The notes beneath the pieces are model-generated. The model was not told the DNA's origin. It was given only the letters and a program-made list of their open reading frames with translations, and searched no databases. A stretch of 64,000 nt of DNA from Macrostomum hystrix (taxonomy: Eukaryota > Animalia > Platyhelminthes), in NCBI GenBank assembly GCA_950097015.1, contig CATNEN010000039.1:2294001-2358000 (forward strand), read 5' to 3'. Within the stretch, counting starts at the first letter, position 1. Each line of letters begins with the position of its first letter. Positions 59,601 through 64,000 of this stretch are shown piece by piece. A program made the translations under genes and the position numbers.

Positions 59601-60663
59601 AAAGCTTCCTCGGACACTCCTACCAAAGCGTCCACTGACCCTTCCACCAAAGCGTCCTCGGACACTCCTACCAAAGCGTCCTCTGACATTCATACCAAAG
59701 CGTTCTGACATCTTCTGACCATCCTACCAATGTATCCTACTAAGCCTAAAAAGCACAGGCATAAGACTCATCACGCATGCTGACCGCCCGCCTAAACTTT
59801 ATCTGCCTCCCTCAGGCCCTGCCCTACGTCGCCCTGCTAATATTGATGCTATTCTTTATCTACGCCGTCATCGGCATGCAAATGTTCGGCAAGATCCAAC
59901 TGTCGGTGGAAACAGAGATTAATCGCAACAATAATTTCCGCACATTCTTCTCGGCCACGCTGGTGCTATTCCGCTCGGCCACTGGCGAGTCATGGCAACA
60001 GATTCTGTTGGACTGCGTCAGTGGTAGGTGCATCTGTTGTTCTCCTTGTTTGTATTTGCTTTTTACGAGCTATCGATAAATTTATTAATATTATTTTCCA
60101 ACAGTATCGAAAATTTTTTTCGCTAACTAAAAAACTGATTTTTACTCATGAAACCAATGACAAAGCGAAAATGCGTCTCTCAGTGCTGCTTCTGCGACCC
60201 TTACTGTCTGTCTCAGAAAGTGAGCGAGCATCGCCATGGGCGGTCGAGACGCCCCCCCTATAGGGACAATTGTCTAACACAGCGCGCATTTTCAGACCCA
60301 CTCAAGGTGAAGTGCGAATTGTCCTCACCGGACAAAGCCAAGTCGCGGCAGCCGTCGAGGCAGCAGCCGGAGTCGTGTGGAAGCTCCATCGCATATCCAT
60401 ACTTTATCAGCTTCTACATGCTGTGCTCATTCCTGGTGAGTTTTGAAGCCGCTGAGCAGAACTTTACTCACGTAATCTCCCCCCGCCACTCCCATTCCCT
60501 TTTGCAACTCCAACACGAAAACGTAGCCGAGATAAAGTGCGACTCTACCAGCGACGCCTACCAGGAATCGAAAAAAAGCAACAAGAGCAATACGGAACCC
60601 AGCTGCCAGCAGCTTATCGGATACCCCTATTTTATCTCATTCTACATCATCTGCTCCTTCCTG
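26075..60663 (+). CDS. Cav1: L-type voltage-gated calcium channel alpha-1 subunit (Cav1 / CACNA1C-D / egl-19-like), multi-exon, 3' end beyond window
   Basis: Four S1-S6 repeats with S4 motifs ([60 protein letters not shown]). Pore loops CITMEGW/ILTGEDW/STFEGWP/SATGESW give EEEE. Cav1-type IIIS6 and III-IV linker ([28 protein letters not shown]|[12 protein letters not shown]). All exons GT-AG and phase-compatible. Start codon uncertain (ATG 25859 or 26075). Confidence 0.96.
27420..28810. repeat. 21-bp intronic minisatellite
   Basis: (TCACTCTGATTCCTAGATCTG)n grading into (TCACTCAGGCTCCTAGATCCG)n. Confidence 0.95.
29245..29785. repeat. 13-bp minisatellite
   Basis: (AAATCCAAATCCC)n. Confidence 0.9.
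30275..31193. repeat. 14-bp minisatellite
   Basis: (CTGATTATCTCAAC/GC)n. Confidence 0.9.
32112..32570. repeat. Degenerate TGTCA repeat
   Basis: TGTCATTACC/TGTCACTCTC units. Confidence 0.75.
33037..33320. repeat. 15/45-bp tandem repeat
   Basis: TCATCGTTTATCTC and TCGATCTATTCTCTCACAATCGTTTATC units. Confidence 0.8.
33756..33861 (+). CDS. Cav1 exon, IS1
   Basis: ttcag|A CCC TTC GAA: [19 protein letters not shown]...AFL|gtgagt; 106 nt. Confidence 0.93.
33891..34710. repeat. 15-bp minisatellite filling a Cav1 intron
   Basis: (AGAGATCT/CGTCAGTT)n. Confidence 0.95.
34751..35165 (+). CDS. Cav1 exon, IS2-IS5
   Basis: cgcag|[20 protein letters not shown]...HVTQL-T|gtgagt. Confidence 0.95.
35166..36220. 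repeat. 14-17-bp minisatellite starting at a splice donor
   Basis: GTGAGTGCCCTGGA grading into (GAGTGAGAGTCCTAGA)n. Confidence 0.93.
36228..37385. repeat. 28-bp purine-rich minisatellite
   Basis: (GAGAGGAGAGGGAATTAGAGGAAAAGGG)n. Confidence 0.95.
37935..38190 (-). mobile_element. SINE copy (same family as 39937-40308)
   Basis: Shared core GCAATTCTGC.CATTTCGCTGACTCCTGAGCACACAC...GTCAGGCAGTGTACAC. Confidence 0.7.
39282..39666 (+). CDS. Cav1 exon, domain I turret, pore loop and IS6
   Basis: [24 protein letters not shown]...[10 protein letters not shown]|gtgagc. Confidence 0.93.
39762..39877 (+). CDS. Cav1 exon, I-II linker with AID
   Basis: [40 protein letters not shown]|gtgagc. Confidence 0.93.
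39937..40308 (-). mobile_element. Full-length tRNA-derived SINE with target-site duplication
   Basis: On - strand: A box TGGCAGAGCGG (40300-40290), B-box-like GTTCGATT (~40255-40248), (TTA)n tail. Direct repeat CTGGCGTTAGATAAT at 39922-39936 and 40309-40323. Confidence 0.75.
40601..40648 (+). CDS. Cav1 48-nt I-II linker exon
   Basis: tttcag|[17 protein letters not shown]|gtgagt; phase 1/1; completes the AID terminal E. Confidence 0.8.
41487..41561 (+). CDS. Candidate Cav1 75-nt cassette exon in I-II linker
   Basis: Pyrimidine tract ctgtctcctctcgcttcgcag|[25 protein letters not shown]|gtgaga; symmetric phase 1/1, no stop. Confidence 0.5.
42494..42590 (+). CDS. Cav1 I-II linker exon
   Basis: tttcgcag|[16 protein letters not shown]...ILHTI-AC|gtgagc; supplies the required phase 1 to phase 2 bridge. 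Confidence 0.8.
42748..43035. repeat. Dispersed ~290-bp repeat, copy 2
   Basis: Similar to 7640-7925. Confidence 0.75.
43152..43502 (+). CDS. Cav1 exon, IIS1-S3
   Basis: [30 protein letters not shown]...LGISVL-AG|gtaatt. Confidence 0.95.
43625..43868 (+). CDS. Cav1 exon, IIS4-S5
   Basis: [25 protein letters not shown]...SLITVFQ|gttcgc. Confidence 0.95.
43996..44332 (+). CDS. Cav1 exon, domain II pore loop and IIS6
   Basis: [14 protein letters not shown]...[13 protein letters not shown]...|gtatgc. Confidence 0.95.
44370..44560 (+). mobile_element. Degenerate SINE copy, opposite orientation
   Basis: GCGCAGCCGCGGAGAGAAGGCTTG...GGCAGATGTACACCTGTG matches the reverse complement of the core. 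Confidence 0.5.
44635..45002 (+). CDS. Cav1 exon, II-III linker and IIIS1
   Basis: [34 protein letters not shown]...LAAEEP...RNK|gtgcgc. Confidence 0.92.
45068..45566. repeat. 21-bp intronic minisatellite
   Basis: (TGTACATCCTAGTGTTTGTGA)n. Confidence 0.93.
45613..45672 (+). CDS. Cav1 60-nt exon, IIIS2
   Basis: ttcag|[20 protein letters not shown]|gtaagt. Confidence 0.92.
46030..46136 (+). CDS. Cav1 mutually exclusive exon A, IIIS2-S3 loop and IIIS3
   Basis: ttcag|[37 protein letters not shown]|gtaggt; 107 nt. Confidence 0.88.
46338..47669. repeat. 21-bp minisatellite between mutually exclusive exons
   Basis: (GAATCCCGAATCTGAATGACA)n. Confidence 0.95.
48102..48208 (+). CDS. Cav1 mutually exclusive exon B, IIIS2-S3 loop and IIIS3
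   Basis: aacag|[37 protein letters not shown]|gtgagt; 107 nt. Confidence 0.88.
49054..49141 (+). CDS. Cav1 exon, IIIS4
   Basis: [29 protein letters not shown]|gtgagc; 88 nt. Confidence 0.95.
49290..49475 (-). mobile_element. SINE fragment
   Basis: GTGTGTACATCTGCCCTGACTT...GTCAGGCAGTGTACAC core. Confidence 0.6.
49546..49853 (+). CDS. Cav1 exon, IIIS5 and pore loop
   Basis: [16 protein letters not shown]...NFDNV...STFEGWP-AC|gtaagt. Confidence 0.95.
49940..50141 (+). CDS. Cav1 exon, IIIS6
   Basis: LLYTSIDS...[16 protein letters not shown]...CELDKNQ|gtgaga. Confidence 0.95.
50662..51138 (+). CDS. Small secreted protein (158 aa) with CxxxC...CxxxC motif, nested in Cav1 intron
   Basis: Signal peptide [24 protein letters not shown]; GC3-rich coding style; TATAAA 50569-50574; AATAAA 51284. 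Confidence 0.75.
   Translation: MLSKPLHPVLLILLLLHLSHLLSAFYPDADDMNMDFLKKEDSNAGPDMQRMMLMNTEDPKLRAEAEEAFQEILRARRLSKLQVCRRECVNEHEAAAEFASCNARCEATQPPGEYEELRTLHGSSDSADVKKPVDEKADKVEKKSGDHPAKKPKDSGEL
51427..53471 (-). CDS. PYROXD2: Pyridine nucleotide-disulphide oxidoreductase domain-containing protein 2 (phytoene dehydrogenase-like); exons 53471-52571, 52372-51926, 51812-51427; 577 aa
   Basis: FAD motif [20 protein letters not shown]; [17 protein letters not shown]; [11 protein letters not shown]; GGMGSVS; [10 protein letters not shown]; [19 protein letters not shown]. Basic N-terminus resembles a mitochondrial presequence. Splice phases 1/1. Confidence 0.93.
54794..55957 (+). CDS. crb: Short Crumbs-family protein (signal peptide, LamG-like domain, 2 EGF, Thr/Pro stalk, TM, GxYxP and ERLI tail), 387 aa, intronless
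   Basis: LamG motifs VTDGRWHSV and GLRGCL; EGF repeats CLCANGGSC and PCSGHGHC...[14 protein letters not shown]; tail [10 protein letters not shown]...[10 protein letters not shown]; AATAAA 56274. Confidence 0.85.
   Translation: MRPSQRPCWLFALLALLIQSVAANIATFNVSDITKWTRANATGVPVGLVTVFELRTSHPGGSVWGLFGLSTDNSSDIIYLKIGLTGPNLTLDGSFINSPRQIAANVTDGRWHSVKIHLYANTSSSTVSVDGISQLQWNAHSWTLINWTVMTFGGVNGSDGLRGCLANASVTRIFNNDVLNATSVVEFSGTVNATACIEDPCLCANGGSCLPSPRWNLHSGCNCTGTGFGGDFCLVAKDFCNASGSGGDPCSGHGHCISIAKNETFICNCTDGYIGSNCSTPPATIPSSTTMPTPTTTPTPTITTLSTARQPATPAPQSDTRLVVGLVVGLLLLLLAGTGAGLAFKIVRDRRKDSGVYKPYDREVGGVKSGQRSAQDILRPPNEERLI
56835..57069 (-). mobile_element. SINE copy, truncated
   Basis: Near-identical to 39997-40255 with an internal deletion. 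Confidence 0.75.
57133..57291 (+). CDS. Cav1 exon, III-IV linker and IVS1
   Basis: cgcag|[18 protein letters not shown]...[19 protein letters not shown]|gttcgc. Confidence 0.95.
57391..57501 (+). CDS. Cav1 exon, IVS2
   Basis: [37 protein letters not shown]|gtgagt. Confidence 0.94.
57586..57669 (+). CDS. Cav1 84-nt exon, IVS3
   Basis: [28 protein letters not shown]|gtgagt. Confidence 0.93.
57833..57910 (+). CDS. Candidate Cav1 78-nt cassette exon in IVS3-S4 linker
   Basis: ctgat branch-like motif and long pyrimidine tract ...ctccag|[26 protein letters not shown]|gtatgc; phase 0/0. Confidence 0.5.
58734..58856 (+). CDS. Cav1 exon, IVS4
   Basis: [41 protein letters not shown]|gtgatt. Confidence 0.94.
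58963..59710. repeat. 24-bp intronic minisatellite
   Basis: (CCAAAGCGTCCTCTGACACTCCTA)n. Confidence 0.9.
59816..60023 (+). CDS. Cav1 exon, IVS5 and pore loop
   Basis: [25 protein letters not shown]...[19 protein letters not shown]|gtaggt. Confidence 0.95.
60296..60435 (+). CDS. Cav1 mutually exclusive exon A, domain IV extracellular loop and IVS6 start
   Basis: ttcag|[10 protein letters not shown]...[22 protein letters not shown]|gtgagt; phase 1/0. Confidence 0.88.
60527..60663 (+). CDS. Cav1 mutually exclusive exon B, domain IV extracellular loop and IVS6 start
   Basis: cgtag|[12 protein letters not shown]...[22 protein letters not shown]|gtaagg; phase 1/0. Confidence 0.82.
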
Positions 60664-60824
60664 GTAAGGGGAGGCGTCGGATGCGGAATCGAACCCGCAC
60701 GGCATCGACTTGCGATTGCTTTTAACCCACAACCCTCTAGTTCAGTTCTCAGAAGCTTTTTTTCATCTGGATTTTACCTAGCAATGGTATTTTGAGGATG
60801 CTGATACTTGGGAGGCTAGTCCAT

Positions 60825-63800
60825 CTAGTGTATCGAAATCAAGTATGTCGAAATCAAGTGCGTCGAAATCTAGTTTGTCAAAATCTAGTTAGTCGAAATC
60901 TAGTTTGACAAAATCTAGTTTGTCGAAAAAAGTGTGTCGAAAACTAGTTTGTCGAATTCAAGTGTGTCGAAATCTAGTTTGCGGCAATCTAGTTTGTCGA
61001 ATTAAAGTGTATCGAATTCAAGTTTGTCGAATTAAAGTTTGTCGAATTCTATTTTGTCTAAATCAAGTGTGTCAAAATCAAGTTTGTCGAAATCAAGTTT
61101 GTCGAAATCTATTTTGTCGAAATCTATTTTGTCAAAATCTAGTGTGTCAAAATCAAGTTTGTCGAATTATTGTGTCTCAAAATCAAGTGTGTCGAAATTT
61201 AGTTTGTCGAAATCAAGTTTGTCGAAATCTAGTTTGTCGAAATTTAGTGTGTCGAAATCTAGTTTGTCGAAATCAAGTTTGTCAAAATCTAGTTTGTCGA
61301 AATCAAATTTGTCGAAATCTAGTTTGTCGAAATCTAGTCTATCGAAATCTAGTTTGTCGAAATCTAGTTTGTCGAAATCTAGTTTGTCGAAATCTAGTTT
61401 GTCGAAATCAAGTTTGTCGAAATCTAGCTTTTCGAAATCTAGTTTGTCGAAATCAAGTTTGTCGAAATCAAGTTTGTCGAAATCTAGTTTGTCAAAATCA
61501 CGTGTGTCGAAATCTAGTTTGACAAAATCTAGTTTGTCGAAAAAAGTGTGTCGAAAACTAGTTTGTCGAATTCAAGTGTGTCGAAATCTAGTTTGTGGCA
61601 ATCTAGTTTGTCGAATTAAAGTGTATCGAATTCAAGTTTGTCGAAATAAAGTTTGTCGAGTTCTAGTTTGTCTAAATCAAGTGTGTCGAAATCAAGTTTG
61701 TCGAAATCTAGTTTGTCGAATTCTAGTTTGTCGAAATCTAGTTTGTCGAAATATAGTTTGTCGAAATCAAGTGTGTCGAAATCAAGTGCGTCGAAATCTA
61801 GTTTGTCAAAATCTAGTTTCTCGAAAAAAGTGTGTCGAAAACTAGTTTGTCGAATTCAAGTGTGTCTCAATCAGGTTTGTCGAAATCAAGTTTGTCGAAT
61901 TCAAGTGTGTCGAAATCTAGTTCGTAGCAATCTAGTTTGTCGAATTAAAGTGTATCGAATTCAAGTTTGTCGAAATAAAGTTTGTTGAGTTATAGTTTGT
62001 CTAAATCAAGTGTGTCGAAATCAAGTTTGTCGAAATCAAGTTTGTCGAAATCAAGTTTGTCGAAATCAAGTTTGTCGAAATCTATTTTGTCTAAATCAAG
62101 TTTGTCGAAGTCTAGTTTGTCGAAATCTAGTTTGTCTCAATCAAGTTTGTCGAAATCTAGTTTGTCGAAATCAGGTTTGTCGAAATCAAGTTTGTCGAAT
62201 TCAAGTGTGTCGAAATCTAGTTTGTAGCAATCTAGTTTGTCGAATTAAAGTGTATCGAATTCAAGTTTGTCGAAATAAAGTTTGTTGAGTTCTAGTTTGT
62301 CTAAATCAAGTGTGTCGAAATCTAGTTTGTCGAAATCAAGTTTGTCGAAATCAAGTTTGTCGAAATCAAGTTTGTCGAAATCTATTTTGTCTAAATCAAG
62401 TTTGTCGAAGTCTAGTTTGTCGAAATCTAGTTTGTCTCAATCAAGTTTGTCGAAATCTAGTTTGTCGAAATCAAGTTTGTCGAAATCTAGTTTGTCGAAA
62501 TCTAGTTTGTCGAAATCTAGTTTGTCGAAATCTAGTTTGTCGAAATCTAGTTTGTCTCAATCAAGTTTGTCGAAATCAAGTTTTGTCGAAATCTAGTTTG
62601 TCGAAATCTAGTTTGTCGAAATCTAGTTTATCGAAATCTAGTTTGTCGAAATAAAGTTTGTCGAAATCTAGTTTGTCTCAATCAAGTTTGTCTCAATCAA
62701 GTTTGTCGAAATCTAGTTTGTCGAAATCTAGTTTGTCTCAATCAGGTTTGTCGAAATCAAGTTTGTCGAAATCAAGCTTGTCGAAATCAAATTTGTCGAA
62801 ATCTATTTTGTCGAAATCTAGTTTGTCGAAATCTAGTTTGTCGAAATCTAGTTTGTCCAAATCTAGTTTGTCGAAATCTAGTTTGTCTCAATCAGGTTTG
62901 TCGAAATCAAGTTTGTCGAAATCTAGTTTGTCGAAATCTAGTTTGTCTCAATCAAGTTTGTCGAAATCTAGTTTGTCTCAATCAAGTTTGTCGAAATCTA
63001 GTTTGTCTCAATCAAGTTTGTCTCAATCAAGTTTGTCTCAATCAAGTTTGTCGAAATCTATTTTGTCGAAATCTAGTTTGTCTCAATCAAGTTTGTCGAA
63101 ATAAAGTTTGTCGAAATAAAGTTTTTCGAAATCAAGTTTGTCGAAATCAAGTTTGTCGAAATCAAGTTTGTCGAAATCAAGTTTGTCGAAATCAAGTTTG
63201 TCGAAATCAAGTTTGTCGAAATCTAGTTTGTCGAAATCAAGTTTGTCGAATTCAAGTTTGTCGAATTAAAGTTTGTCTAATTCTAGTTTGTCTAAATCAA
63301 GTGTGTCGAAATCAAGTGCGTCGAAATCAAGTTTGTCGAAATCAAGTTTGTCGAAATCTATTTTGTCGAAATCTAGTTTGTCTCTATCAAGTTTGTCTCA
63401 ATCAAGTTTGTCGAAATCAAGTTTGTCGAAATCAAGTTTGTCGAAATCAAGTTTGTCGAAATCTATTTTGTCAAAATCTAGTGTGTCAAAATCAAGTTTG
63501 TCGAATTATTGTGTCTCAAAATCAAGTGTGTCGAAATTTAGTTTGTCGAAATCAAGTTTGTCGAAATCTAGTTTGTCGAAATTTAGTTTGTCGAAATCTA
63601 GTTTGTCGAAATCAAGTTTGTCAAAATCTAGTTTGTCGAAATCAAATTTGTCGAAATCTAGTTTGTCGAAATCTAGTTTGTCGAAATCTAGTTTGTCGAA
63701 ATCTAGTTTGTCGAAATCTAGTTTGTCGAAATCAAGTTTGTCGAAATCAAGTTTGTCGAAATCTAGTTTGTCAAAATCACGTGTGTCGAAATCTAGTTTG

Positions 63801-64000
63801 TCAAAATCACGTGTGTCGAAATCTAGTTTGACAAAATCTAGTTTGTCGAAAAAAGTGTGTCGAAAAATAGTTTGTCGAATTCAAGTGTGTCGAAATCTAG
63901 TTTGTGGCAATCTAGTTTGTCGAATTAAAGTGTATCGAATTCAAGTGTGTCGAAATCAAGTTTGTCGAAATCTAGTTTGTCGAATTCTAGTTTGTCGAAA
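60825..64000. repeat. 15-bp satellite, intronic, runs off window end
   Basis: (GTTTGTCGAAATCT/AA)n. Confidence 0.95.

Noticed and set aside
60148-60795. 215-aa ORF containing two IVS6 copies, read as one exon
   Set aside because: Internal canonical splice sites and phase logic indicate two alternative exons with a stop-free intron
36-63831. Long repetitive ORFs (e.g. 36-776, 5078-6214, 10208-10993, 18093-19400, 22134-23132, 27385-28866, 46373-47611, 59028-59708, 60905-63831)
   Set aside because: They are translations of tandem repeats, open in several frames or strands, and many lie inside introns of real genes

Overview
Eukaryotic (metazoan) genomic DNA. The GC-rich exons and minisatellite-packed introns suggest a free-living flatworm such as Macrostomum, but that is inference only. 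The window is dominated by a + strand L-type voltage-gated calcium channel alpha-1 gene (Cav1). I traced 26 GT-AG exons with compatible phases from ~26.1 kb to 60.66 kb, with an EEEE selectivity filter; the C-terminus lies beyond the window. The gene has two pairs of mutually exclusive exons (IIIS2-S3, and the domain IV turret/IVS6) and two candidate cassette exons. One 7-kb intron in the III-IV linker hosts three complete nested genes: a small secreted Cys-hairpin protein (+), PYROXD2 (-) and an intronless mini-Crumbs with LamG-2xEGF-TM-ERLI architecture (+). Upstream on the - strand lie a 4-exon Ig-domain single-pass receptor and an orphan single-pass membrane protein. About 25 tandem-repeat arrays and a tRNA-derived SINE family explain most long low-complexity ORFs in the track.
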